Assembly: GCA_002269645.1 (NCBI GenBank)
Contig: NIVC01000352.1
Span: 186,001-250,000 of the forward strand
Origin: Macrostomum lignano
Lineage: Eukaryota
DNA length: 64,000 bases
Direction of reading: 5' to 3'
The notes beneath the pieces are model-generated. The model had not been told where the DNA came from and searched no databases. It worked only from the letters and a program-made list of their open reading frames with translations. Both the position numbers and the translations under genes were made by a program. This document shows, one piece after another, positions 1 through 11,725 of the stretch. Numbering within the stretch: position 1 is the first letter of the stretch; every line of letters begins with the position of its first letter.

Positions 1-3000
1 TTGTGGCCACCACCAGCCGTCCGTCTAGACTACGCGGATGCTTCAGTGCCAATGCGGCAATGTCCTCCGAGACCTGGCCGCTGGTCTGAATTCAGAGAGT
101 TATTTCAGGACCTATGTAAGTTCAGGACACCAGGGCACAACCAAGAGCAAAATCTGACGAATTACCAATGCCTCCTTGACATGACTGTAGCCATTCAGTG
201 TGTCCCAGACGTGAATTCGCTTTGCCGACACCGAAATCAGAGCGCCATCGCCCAGAATGTACATGCATTGGATTGCCTCCTGTGTGAAGTTAGCATATAA
301 ATTATACGAAAATTTATCGAATAGGCACATTAGCTAGAGTTAGTATTTTAATTTTAATTTTTAGTATAATATTTAGTATATCTAGATATTACACACCGAA
401 TGCGCGTGATTCAGTCGTTCCACTGGTCTGAGCACGAATGCGTCATCTTGGTCGCGACACCACAGCTGCAGGCGGCCAGCCGAGTCCCCGGTTATTACGT
501 TGCCGACAAGATCGAAGGCCACCGCCGTCACCTCGTCTTTCTGGCTTGGTGCCGCTGATCCAGGTGCAAACACACCGCTCTTTTTGTCGCGCAGTGCCCG
601 GCTCCGGCCCGCACTGTCATGGAAGATGCGCCAGAAGCTCGGTCGCTCGGCGCCCACAGTCACGATTATTGAGTCGTCCTCCGGGTGGAACACAGCTCGA
701 CTGATTTGATCTCGCGCAGTCTGCGACTTCAGCACCTCCCGACGGGCTGCCCAGTCAAAGACAGTCAACGTCTGTCGATGTCCGGGCGGCTTCGGCGAGT
801 CCACAGCGAGCAGGTAAGCTCCGAGGCTTTCACCCGAAAATGAAATCGACGTGATGCCAGTCTGCAGATGCGGCTCGGACAAGACAACCCGAGTCTCCAG
901 ACTCTCGGCGTCCCAGATGCGGATTTGGACTGGAGCTCCGGATCGGGATGCCGCCTGGCCAGAGGCGATGTAGGCATTCACAGGGTGGGCTGCGGCGCTG
1001 CGGATTTTTGGGTAAGCAGAGCGACTCAGTCTGGGTGTGGCCTAGGAGAAAAAGCCAAGCCAAGGCAAGTCATACCCGTACAGTACAACCGACAATAATA
1101 CAACCGACAATAATACAACGCAAATGCCTTGCTTTTCCTCAGTTCCAATCTCACGACCATCCTGGGTTCTTCGTCCTCAGATAATTCGCCAGGCGAGGGG
1201 CTTTCTAGGCTCTGCTAAAAACCAAGGCATAGACCCGAAGCTATCAAGACGTCAGTCGCTGACCCCTGAGCCCCTGATCACCCTCGCATCTTCGTCTCAG
1301 TGGCTGCATGGCTTCACTGCCCCACAACTTACCACGTGACCCGTGCAGTGTGCTCAGTGTAGTGCCTCTGCCGGTGCCGCTTTGAGTCCAGTAGGATCAG
1401 AACATTTCCGGAGGCGTACAGCAGGTCCCCGGTAGGCAGCGCCAGCAGGCCCGCCGAGCTATTGCAGCCGTAGACCCAATCCAATTGGAGAGACACGTCC
1501 GGTGGCTGCAGCTGTTGACGACTCGGCACTGTTGCTGTGGGAGCTGGGAAAGCTGGAAGTAGGGGGCGGTTGAGGGTGGAATGGGCAGCTGGAGCAAGTG
1601 CTTGTTGATGATGGTTGAAGTAAAAAAACAAGCAGCAGCTCACTGTGTAAGGTTCCGCGGATTCTGACGGTAGCGGCTGGAGGTTTCTGCATCGACTCGC
1701 GACCCGACAGCTGCGGGAGCTGCTGGAAGCTGCCAGTCTCTTCATCTTCACTGTTAACAGCGTCGCTGTCTTCTGCTGCTTCGTATCTGCCGGCTGTGAG
1801 ATGAGGGGCAAAACATAAAAAATAGCTGGCCCAGTGAAAACTAGCACAGTGCTTTCTGTTATATTAGAGAAACTCCATACCAACTGCCGGGCTCCTGTCT
1901 CCCAGTTGCTGCTGCTGCTGAACCTGAAGCTGCTCCTGCTGGAGTTGAAGCAGCCGCAGTCGCTGCTGCTCATCAAGCCGATTCTCCTCGCCATTGCGAG
2001 GCCACTGAGGCGGCGGCGGAGGAGGCGGCAGTGGCGATGGTGATTGCGGTGGCTGGTGCGTCTGCTGCTGCGCCTGAGCCTGTTGCATCTGCGTCGACCC
2101 GTTGACCTGCCCGGACGTTGGCGCCACCGGCTCCAGCCTTCCTAGTCTTTGCGCCCCTCCTTCACTGCCGTCTCCAACGCCGCCGCCACGTACGGGTTCG
2201 TCACCCCAGACAGCAGCCGCCTCCAGCGGTCGGCTGCGCAACTCTGCTGGCAGGAATTCTTGGCCGCAGGCGATGAAACTGTCGTAGTCTTTGTACTCGC
2301 TGAACAGTTGCGACAGCTTTATTACCTGCAGAAGGACGTTTTATACTTTCGTATCTACAGTTTCATAAGAAAAAGCATTAGAAATTTTCCAACAAACCTT
2401 TCTGTATGGCGGGTAGGCTGTGTAAAGGCAAGTAGCAGGCGGGTTGGCCATCACCAGCAGGCTGCCGAGGTCCTCCAACATAGTATCCAGCCCGTCAGCT
2501 GCGGCAGCCTTGCCTGGGTTGATCAGCAGACGCTCCCGGCTCTGCCGGTGCGTGTTGCTGATGAAGACCACGCTGCGCGGCTTGCTCGGAGCTCCCTGGC
2601 TAGTCGCATCGCCGCCGCTCCTCGGGCCGGCAGCTCCGTGCCGCTGTAGGTGTCGGCGCTGCTCGTCGCTTTCGCCGGCGATCCCGGCGCTTTCCCGACC
2701 GAACAGTAGACGAAGATCGTCGCGGGTGCGCTTGCCGGCTTTGGCGCTCGGCGGCTTCATTCGCCAAGCCGGCCGGGGACCGCCGTACTCCACGGAGCGG
2801 ACCAGCTTGGGGCTGCTGGACACCACGTAGTGACCGCCGGCCTCAAAATCGGCAAGTTGCGTCACCTTGCAAATTAGAATTCGGATAGACAGGTGGACAG
2901 GAATAGTTTGTCATAAAATCACAGGAGGCTGTGCCGGCCCCTGAGTGCCCAGGGAATGCACCAGCAGTATACACACTCTAGTGCGCTCTCGTGGATTCGA

Positions 3001-3844
3001 ATCGTACAAAACATTCCGTCCACAAACCCCAGATTATTCCACGATCGTGGGTCGAATCAAACCCTGGGACTGAATCGTAAGACTCGGACGCCTTATCGGA
3101 CGCTCCGATACTCGTAAGGATCAGTTTTATTGTTTTAGCTGAATCTACTTTACAATCTAACTATGCTAGTCAGCATAATTGCACATACTCCACACAAAGA
3201 CTCGAACCTGTTTCCCATCTGGCAGTCTAAAGACGTGTCTAACTCCCGACGGCGTGCTTATTTTTTCGTTCAGCCAAGCGGTCAGCGTTGCCATGGAAAC
3301 AAAAGTCCGATCGTTAATGGAGACGCCGAGGCCGCGAAAGTGCGGATCGCCATTCCGGTAGAATGTCACCAGCTTGCCGGAGGCGCCCAGGTCAGCCAGC
3401 TGATGCCTCGCCGCCGGTGGCTGCATCGGCTTCAGCTGCAGTTTCTGCGGGCTCCGCTGTTGCCCTTGCCGCTGAGGCGAATTCTGCATAGCCTTAGCCT
3501 GCTCCGGCCGCCAGAGTTAGCATGAGAAAGAGCGCTCTCGCGCGATGGGCAGGGGGTTTCGGTCTAAGCCAGCCAAGTTAAATGAGCGCCTCGCCGCCAC
3601 TTGGCAGTTCGTGCTGCACATTTCTGTGCTTCACCGGCTGCCACTTTCTTGTCTCTGCGCTACTCTCTCTCTCTCTCTCTCTGTCTCTAAACGCACATTC
3701 GAGCCTCCTGCTGGGCCAGAGGATTGTGTTAGACCAGCGCGATGAAGCTTTGTAATAGTTGACAGAGTTCGGTTGCCATGGCCGATTGTTCGAGTCGTAG
3801 AGCCACCTGCCGCTCTTTCTTACTTTTTTCTGCCGCCCTGTCAT
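1..3844 (-). CDS. DCX-EMAP: Doublecortin-domain echinoderm microtubule-associated protein (DCX-EMAP/EML family), 3'-truncated by the window edge
   Basis: Phase-consistent GT-AG exons: 3824-3844 (tentative, MTGRQKK), 3208-3498, 2398-2865, 1881-2325, 1644-1793, 1333-1588, 397-997, 166-279, 1-85. DCX1: KLVTFYRNGDPHFRG...VRHVFRLPDGKQV-TQLADFEAGGHYVVS. DCX2: PRSVVFISNTHRQSRERLLINP...LYTAYPPYRKV-IKLSQLF...FIACG. HELP-like region TVRIRGTLH...LQLDWVYG, then WD40 repeats (IASGQ...IRIWD, LTVFDW, ITGDSAGRLQLW). The ATG at 3489 is an alternative start. Confidence 0.88.
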
Positions 3845-4139
3845 TGCTTAGACTTGGACGCTTAATTAAATTTCACGTTGTGCTGTTCATTTATTTAAAT
3901 CATTTTCTAACTACGAGCGTATCTAAAGCTTTTTTTATGATTAGCTAATAAAAGTATTTTACAGTAAGTATTTCAGTAATTTTTATTGCCCATGCCAGCG
4001 CTAAAAAGTTTTTTTAAGTTAATTTACGGCACCATCAAGTTTCATTCGAATGTAGTGAAAATTTTTATGCCCACAGACGAGTAGCTTCTAGCTTTGGTGT
4101 TCCAAAGCCCTAAAACACTCTCTGCCCCACATAGTGACA

Positions 4140-4510
4140 CTTAAAGAACAGTGGGTGAAGTACATCTGGTACATGCTCGTGCAACTTTGAGGCTCTTGTG
4201 ACCCCATGTGAGCGTACTTGACTCAGTTGCAGGGGGCCTAGGCGTCCGGATACAGCGGGGATGCGTTGTTGCCAGATATTGCTTTTGTAGCTTAACTCAA
4301 CAGTCAGCCAAAAGTTCGCGACATGGGGGTAGCAACCTCCCCAGCTAAGAGCCCAACCAGAGGCTGAGCAAATGGACCGTCAGCGCGGTACTAGACTGGG
4401 CCCTTGCGAGAGACTCCGGAGCTAGCAGACTGATCGAATACCCTGTCAAGGTCAGAGGGTCCTGTGTCCATCAGAGCCGTGGCTAAAGGCACCTGATGCG
4501 CACAGGTTCA
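4140..4510 (+). mobile_element. Possible non-LTR retrotransposon (RTE-like) 5' UTR fragment
   Basis: GC-richer non-coding island containing GGGGGTAGCAACCTCCCCAGCTAAGAGCCCAACC, which resembles RTE-type 5' regions by recollection only. No ORF. Confidence 0.2.
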
Positions 4511-5135
4511 CTTTTCAACATGGCCAAGTCAAAGTCTAAGCTTCAGCTGTACAAGTACTACTATTTGTATCCAAGGTTTTTTGCGCCTAATTTTCTATCA
4601 AGACGTCAGGAACACACAAAATGACACCTTGATTTTTTGTGCCCTTTTGAGTCTGTCATTGTCAGTAAGCTGCAGCAAGGTGGGTCATTTTAAAGGACAA
4701 AGTTAAGAAAAGACTCAAGATCAGGGAATTTCTGAGAGAGCTTTTTTTAACAGGAGTTATAACTTTGAGTTCACATTGTGTTTGGCAACTGTGTCAATTG
4801 CATTTTAACTTTGAAAAGGCCAGTCGATTTTGTACAAAAATCCTGATTGTACGAGTGAAGTCAGAATTGCTCCGCACGGTCGGTTAACTTGTTGAAGAAA
4901 CTTTTTAGAAGAAAATTTTGTTACTGTTACTAGCAGTAGAATAGTTAGGACATGCAATTAATTATATCAAACAGTAAAATTATATTAGAAATTGGGTTCA
5001 CACAGAGGGCACGTGATCTGAAGCTAAGAGTACACCTAGCCCCACCCCAAATCTTACCCTTTCTTTACTCCTGGTCCCCTGCCCTGTTTGTTTATGCGCT
5101 CCCTCTCTCTCCCTTTAACTGCAAGGCTAGGCCCA

Positions 5136-5168
<33 letters not shown>

Positions 5169-7325
5169 ATCGACCCCACTCTTCTTGCCCGTTTGGGTCC
5201 TTCGGGACACACTGGAGGGCAGTTGCTGGCTCTTACAAGGGGTGTGTTATGACTGGTTAGAATTATGAGAGTATAATGCAGACCCAACTAAAGCTAGAAC
5301 ATTCATTTGCTTCAGGCCAGGGGCCGTGTAAGGACAAAGGGCCACAGGGGCGTTCTACAAAACTCAAACTAAAGGTGAGGTGAGGGCTATCCAGGTTTTT
5401 TTCTAGGAAAAATCATTCAATGGTACAGGACCAAGTGAGCATGTGACTCAATAGAAAAAAACAGTAAAACAAAGTGATTTGTACTGAAAAAAGGGTTGCT
5501 TTCCTCCCAGGGGCGGCTTTATACTGCATGCAGTCTCCAGTGCAGTGTGTCAGCTGCTGGCAGAATTAGTTCTCCACACCAAATTCGACTGTTTCCGCAT
5601 GTTAATTTAGTGCACCAAATTCAACCCAATGTCGCATGCAAATAGCAGACTATAGGCCTAAAGTTATTTTCCATCCTAATGCCGTAATTATATTAAACTA
5701 ACTAAATGAAGGTTTCTACTCAAGCCTCAAGTCCTCAATTCATGCAATTCGAGTTGTTTGAAAATTTTTCGTTTCAATAAACCCTTGCACCTCGCTTGCA
5801 GTGATGAAATAGGTTCGTGACGTATTTGGGTGGTTACATTCATTACGAGAGATTGTGAGCGCATTCATACTGCTCAACCAGCAAAAAACGTCATTAGAAT
5901 GACCATTGCCTCATTGCACAGTTCTTTCGAGAGCTATTTTTGTATGTTGACTAATAGCGTTCAGCACTCCTACAAAAAAGCAGATTGAGAAAGTGCACTG
6001 TGTGTTTTGAAAGCAGGACTGCATGGTTTTGGAGACAGATACGAGAATTTAACTTTTACTTGACTCTCTATGCCTCCAGTACGCTCTTATAAGCGGAGAT
6101 TCGAGCAAAACTTGGTAAATAAACTCGACAGGTGGAGGTCAGAGATTTCCAAAATCTAAAAAGGACTATAAATTATATGTGATTAAGAAGGCTTGGCTCA
6201 TAACGGTTTTCTGAGCTAAAAACGTGCCTGGGGCACGTTGTCGAAAATTCAATAAGCCAGATTTTTCTAAATATATATTAATTTGACAATAAACTGACTG
6301 CTTTGACCTCGCGGTTAGGGTTGAACTGATTTTTATAGAATTCTACGAGTATATAAAATTTTGACCTGCATTTTTAGTTAGTTTATTTGCTGTCTTTTAA
6401 ATAAAATCAGTAAAAGCCACCAAGGATATTGCTATTAATTAGTAATTATAGCTAAAATATGTGCGTTATACATTAAGCAATAGTTATTTTTCTTTTGTAA
6501 TTGTTATTTATTTAATAAAATTGTTGCTTAGTTGTAAACTTTTTTAAAAGGAACAAGGCTTTTAAAAAGTTTTTTTGCGACAAAAATGACAATAGTAGAA
6601 GATTATTATCATTATATTAAATTCCAAACTTCATACTAACTATATTAATAATATGACGTCATAGTTTAGTTTGATATCGGTTAGCATGTACGCGGTATGT
6701 CCTAGCTATACCAGACATAATGATTTTGTTTTAGTACACTCGATTTAAAATTTGTTAAAGTACAACGACACGGTGACACGAGGACACGATGACAGGATGA
6801 CGATGCATGATACGCGCATGAATAAATAGTGCGACGCGATCTAGATAAAATAGTCTGTTATATTCTCTACAAAAATAAACAGCATGCATTTAATTGTTTA
6901 GCATGTAAAAAATGAGAAATTGCGCATCGGACACCAGGATGAACAATTAATCTAGCATACGAAATTTACACGACCTATCGATCGAAGTGGGTCCAATTAA
7001 CAGTCTGCGCATGGGTCAATACAACACAGAATAATCAAATAAAGCTCATTTCACAATTTAGAACTATAAGCTAGTGTTTTATAGTGTATAGCGGTAAAAT
7101 TTTGAATCCGGACTTATTACTTTCTAAAATACTTAGCTTCTTGAAAATGCAGAACAATGAAACGCATTTTCCCAGAGTATTTTATAGCTAGCGTTGATCC
7201 TATGCATGTCGTATGATATGCATTTATACGAATTAATTTTAAATTTTATCGTAATTAACAACATAAGATTGTGAGCACATCCCAGTAATCTTATTATTAG
7301 TGCTCAGTCATCTCCTGCATCTCCG

Positions 7326-8204
7326 TCACTCTTCGTCGCTGTCAATGCAAAACGTGGCCCGCCGCGGTGGCGGCAGCAGCGAGGCCCGATAGTTCCTACC
7401 GCCGTTGCTGTCCCACAGGCAGCGCCTGTCGGCCGGCTCTAGGCCGGACTCGAAGCCGAGACAGAATTCGAACTCGACAGGCTCGTTGGCCAGATCCAGA
7501 CCCTCAGCTGCGGACAGCGGCAACCGGAAGGCGAACGCGTCCAACCGGTTGTCGATTGATCCGGCAAAGGTGGCGTCCACGTCGACATGGGTGCGCCAGG
7601 CGTCCAGGGTGACGCGGACAAAGACTCGCTTCTGGTAGACCAGGTTGGTCACCACGGCCCTGCCGACGATACAGCTGGTGCGCAGGTTCAGGCCTAGCTT
7701 CTCGAGTCGAATGCCATCAGTTGTTAGTGACGCCAGCACCTGCTCCCGGCTCAGCAGCTCGAAGTCGCACACGAGCCTTGGCGCATCTTGGTAGCTATCA
7801 TCCAGCTCTGTCTGCCAGTCGCTGTCCTGCTGTTTGTCTTCCAATTCGTTATCGAAGCAGGTGGGCGGGTCCGGCTGGTACAGTCGAATCTCGATCAGCG
7901 ACCGGCCCATGTCGTCGGCGAAACGGACTCGGTGTCGCCTTCCGTTGGCGCAGCCCGGCTTGCCGCTGGCCGTCAGCTGGGCCGCCAAGGCTGGCGAATA
8001 GGCCGACGTAGTGTCCGAGACTGTCCGATGGCATGCTTCTAGGGGCCGCCTGACGCTCACGTACCTGGCGAGAATCTCTACGGGTAGCTGACGCAACTCG
8101 TCAGTTGTTGTAGAAGCAGGCGGGGCTTCCAGTTGCTGGCCGCAGCGGCACTGGCAGCCGCCAGCCGCCTGCTGCTGCTGGTTGACTACTTTAAACTGGC
8201 ACAT
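7326..8204 (-). CDS. PPP1R3: Protein phosphatase 1 glycogen-targeting regulatory subunit (RVxF motif plus CBM21), intronless, 292 aa
   Basis: PP1-docking HRVRFADDMGRSL. CBM21 motifs GIRLEKL, GRAVVTNLVYQKRVFVRVTLDAW, FAFRL, EFCLGF, WDSNGGRNY. Confidence 0.93.
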   Translation of the reverse strand: MCQFKVVNQQQQAAGGCQCRCGQQLEAPPASTTTDELRQLPVEILARYVSVRRPLEACHRTVSDTTSAYSPALAAQLTASGKPGCANGRRHRVRFADDMGRSLIEIRLYQPDPPTCFDNELEDKQQDSDWQTELDDSYQDAPRLVCDFELLSREQVLASLTTDGIRLEKLGLNLRTSCIVGRAVVTNLVYQKRVFVRVTLDAWRTHVDVDATFAGSIDNRLDAFAFRLPLSAAEGLDLANEPVEFEFCLGFESGLEPADRRCLWDSNGGRNYRASLLPPPRRATFCIDSDEE

Positions 8205-8284
8205 TGCTAAACCGGTTCTTGCGGCTGGATGCTGCCTTCTCTCGCTGCTGGAAAAACTGCCCGCTCAGTGTGCTAGCTTAAACC

Positions 8285-8343
8285 CTTTATAGCGGTTATG
8301 TCCACTTCTCCTCTTTCCAGTTTGCTTCCTGAGCTCTCATTGG
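8285..8343 (-). promoter_or_regulatory. Candidate TATA box and CCAAT box of PPP1R3
   Basis: Minus-strand TATAAAG at 8285-8291 (about 80 bp upstream of the ATG) and CCAAT at 8339-8343. Confidence 0.4.
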
Positions 8344-8629
8344 CCAGCATTCAAGGTCGCTGTCAGCTGACACCCTCCTATTTTAAACTGTAAGGGTTTG
8401 CACTTAAGGTCCCCCGCACTCAGCAGTCAAGGTGACCTGGAACAAGAATTTGGAGTAGAGTTAGCAAACAACTTCTCAACTTCTTAACTTCTCAATTAAC
8501 AACTACTCAAAAGAGTCAAAACCCTCATATTTAAGACACCTAGGGTTTTGCCTTTTAGCAGAAGACTGTTAATTTTATATTTTTATAAAGAATAACTGAG
8601 AATACGAGGAATTTCAATCTGTGTAAGAA

Positions 8630-8726
8630 TCATTTGTGTGATCACCATTTGTGTGATCACTGATCACCATTTGTGTGAGCACCATTTGTGTGATCACCAT
8701 TTGTGTGATCACCATTTGTGTGATCA
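8630..8726. repeat. Short 15-bp tandem array (ATTTGTGTGATCACC), related to the 9365-10540 array
   Basis: About 6 imperfect copies. The unit differs from the large array mainly by GAT versus GAG. Confidence 0.85.
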
Positions 8727-9364
8727 TTACCACTTTCTGTTAATACGATTTCAATTGAAAGTTTTGTCCTCTCACTGTCACGTGTTGCAAATGCTGAACA
8801 GGGTAGCCCCGAACAGTGAAGCTGTAGCAGCTTCGCCCCTACCTATGCTGTGTGTAAAATTCGGGTTAAGATAAGAGAGTTTCCAACTCCAGATTGTAAT
8901 TCAAGGACTCCACGGCTCAGGTCTGCCTGAACTGACGCACATTCACATAGAGAGGCAGGCCCCCAGCTCCAAACCGCGTAATTAAAAAGATTGGCCTTCT
9001 ATATAACTTTTGAGGCCAAGTTGGCTGCTGCCGCGGCCTGTCAGAAAATCTGTTCTTTTTGTTGTGATTTGCAGACGCACCACCGAATGATACATTTGGA
9101 GGACAGGCCAAGCAGAGGCGCTGCTCATGCTCGAAGCACAAATTACTTTTGCTTGGCAAACATTGCGGCTTGCTTTAATATGCAAGTAATAATGAATTGC
9201 AGAATGCTTAGTATAGTCGTATGTTCTACTCGGTAGTATAGAAGCAGATTCTGCACGATTCTTCCTACTCTTCAGTAGCCAGCTTCGGAAACTCAAGCGT
9301 GGAATAAATGTGGTGAAAAAATAACCCGTACCATAGCTGGTCCAGTTGCGGATTTGAAACACGG

Positions 9365-10540
9365 GTGAGCACTATTTGTGTGAGAACTATTTGTGTGAGC
9401 ACCATTTGTGTGAGCACTATTTGTGTGAGCACTATTTGTGTGAGAACTATTTGTGTGAGCACCATTTGTGTGAGCACTATTTGTTTGAGCACTATTTGTG
9501 TGAGCACTATTTGTGTGAGCACCATTTGTGTGAGCACCATTTGTGTGAGCACTATTTGTGTGAGCACTATTTGTGTGAGCACTATTTGTTTGAGCACTAT
9601 TTGTGTGAGCACTATTTCTGTGAGAACCATTTCTGTGAGCTCAATTTGTGTGAGCACCATTTGTGTGAGCATTTTTCGTGTGAGCACCATTTGTGTGAGC
9701 ACTATTTGTGTGAGCACTGTTTGTGTGAGCACTATTTATGTGAGAACCATTTCTGTGAGCTCAATTTGTGTGAGCACCATTTGTGTGAGCATTTTTCGTG
9801 TGAGCACCATTTGTGTGAGCACCATTTCTGTGAGCACTATTTGTGTAAGCATTATTTGTGTGAGCACCATTTGTGTGAGCATTATTAGTGTGAGCACCAT
9901 TTGTGCGAACACTATTTGTGTAATTATTTGTGTAAGCATTATATGTGTGAGCACCATTTGTGTGAGCACTATTTGTGTAAGCACTATTTCTGTGAGAACC
10001 ATTTCTGTGAGCTCAATTTGTGTGAGCACCATTTGTGTGAGCATTTTTCGTGTGAGCACCATTTGTGTGAGCACTATTTGTGTGAGCACTGTTTGTGTGA
10101 GCACTATTTATGTGAGCACTATTTGTGTGAGCAGCATTTGTGTGAGCACCATTTGTGTGAGCACCATTTGTGTAAGCATTATTTGTGTGAGCACCATTTG
10201 TGTGAGCACCGTTTGTGTAAGCATTATTTGTGTGAGCACCACTTGTACGACCAATATTTGTGTGAGCACCATTTGTGTGAGCACCATTTCTGTGAGCATT
10301 ATTCGTGTGAGCACTATTTGTGTGAGCACTATTTGTGTGAGCACTGTTTGTGTGAGCACCATTTGTGTGAGCACTATTTGTGTGAGCACCATTTGTGTAA
10401 GAATTATTTGTGTGAGCACCATTTGTGTGAGCACCATTTGTGTAAGCATTATTTGTGTGAGCACCATTTGTGTGAGCACCGTTTGTGTAAGCATTATTTG
10501 TGTGAGCGCCATTTGTGTGAGCACCATTTTTATGAGCATT
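9365..10540. repeat. 15-bp minisatellite (GTGAGCACYATTTGT), about 78 copies
   Basis: Direct inspection. It produces the spurious STICV, CEHHL and LTQIV ORFs in several frames. Confidence 0.97.
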
Positions 10541-11401
10541 TAGTAACCACCACCGATTTTAATGGAGTGTTTAGGTCGCCCACTGCGATGTGTTACAAAA
10601 CCTGAGCAGTGTAGCACCGATCAGCTCCCTGTCAAGTCCGACAGACACTTTATTGCATCAGAGTAATTGGTTAATTAGTTCACGCCATGAAGTCATATTT
10701 TAATAATTCGATCAGTCCGATCGCTTCTGTGCATAACGCGGATCAGAAATCGAACTCTGCTGACTCCTTTCTCGAGGGCCGGACTGCTGGGTATCTTCGG
10801 AAACTATATGACAGTCCCAATGCATTTTCTCCAATTTGTCAAAGCAAATGCATTAAGAAACTCGGATCATATTGTCTCCAAGAGTGAACAATGCGAAATA
10901 TGAGCCTATGACTGATGAGCTCTTGGAGAGATTAGAATGAGCAAAACGCTTAAAGTATAAATTGCTATCTAAATGGGATCAATATTTTTGTCAATTGCTT
11001 CTGTACTAATTGTATGCCTGCTCTATTCTTTTCCTATATCTACATTGGCTGCCAGTGGGATTCTAACAAAGCTTATTAATCAAGCAATGATCGAATGATA
11101 CCTATTAAACGAGGAGGCCAGGATCGATCCAAGGATTACTACTCGAAGTGTTCCTAGCGGTCCTTGGGTTGACTCTCTTTTAGTGAAGGCCCATGGGAAA
11201 TATATTAAATATTATAAGAGAATTTTCGCCAAAATGCAGTCTGTTATAGATAGATAAAAACCAATACAGATAGAAGTAGCCGCTAAGAATCATTTAAAAT
11301 AGATTCATGCTCCACAAGCTGAAATTTATTAATAATTTATTCAACTTGATGACAACAACAGAGGAGCGAACTCGTCAGATAGAAGGGAATCTATTTGCAT
11401 C

Positions 11402-11725
11402 TCAGCCGTATCGCATGACATTGTACCGCTGCTTCTCGTCACCCTCGCGCATTTTGTCCATGAATCTCTGGTAGGACAGCTGCGACGACTGCAGCCACGC
11501 CCGCTTGTCTGGCGGCGCGTCCGCGGCCCTGTCCCGCAGCAGCTCAACGCACAGCGCCGCCGGAGTGGGCAGTTTCAGTCGGCGCCGAATGTCGCAGTGT
11601 CGGGCGAGGTCAGCGACCGTTTCGTCCGTTGAGTCCACATCGCCAGCAGTGATCGCGGCGGCTGAAGACTGCTGCACCGTCGCCAGCAGAAGCAGAATCG
11701 GTAGAACCACTGTAACTGGTTGCAT
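11402..11725 (-). CDS. Neuropeptide precursor, 107 aa, single exon, C-terminal MRYamide (NKY-like)
   Basis: Signal peptide MQPVTVVLPILLLLATVQQSSA, propeptide with C-x14-C, dibasic KR, then AWLQSSQLSYQRFMDKMREGDEKQRYNVMRY-G-stop (Gly amide donor). GC-rich codon usage. AATAAA at 11325-11330 on the minus strand. Confidence 0.85.
   Translation of the reverse strand: MQPVTVVLPILLLLATVQQSSAAAITAGDVDSTDETVADLARHCDIRRRLKLPTPAALCVELLRDRAADAPPDKRAWLQSSQLSYQRFMDKMREGDEKQRYNVMRYG

Noticed and set aside
3578-3823. 88-aa ORF (MTGRQKKVRKSGRWLYD...) as a full DCX-EMAP exon or a separate gene
   Set aside because: It runs through a (GA)n tract and has a strong GTAAGA donor after codon 7. Only 3824-3844 was kept, as a tentative micro-exon.
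4230-4510. Possible HDV-like ribozyme (GCTAA and CAACCTCC motifs) in the retroelement-like segment
   Set aside because: I could not find consistent P1, P2 and P3 pairings by eye. An RNArobo or Infernal search would be needed.
9265-10605. Long Cys/His-rich (CEHHL)n, (STICV)n and (LTQIV)n ORFs that look like metal-binding proteins
   Set aside because: They are translations of a 15-bp minisatellite that is open in several frames on both strands, with no unique coding flanks or splice context.
10872-10930. Hairpin containing GAAA and CTGATGA (hammerhead-like core)
   Set aside because: Only 13 nt separate GAAA from CTGATGA, too few for stems III and I plus the cleavage triplet, and the order does not fit a minimal type I hammerhead.
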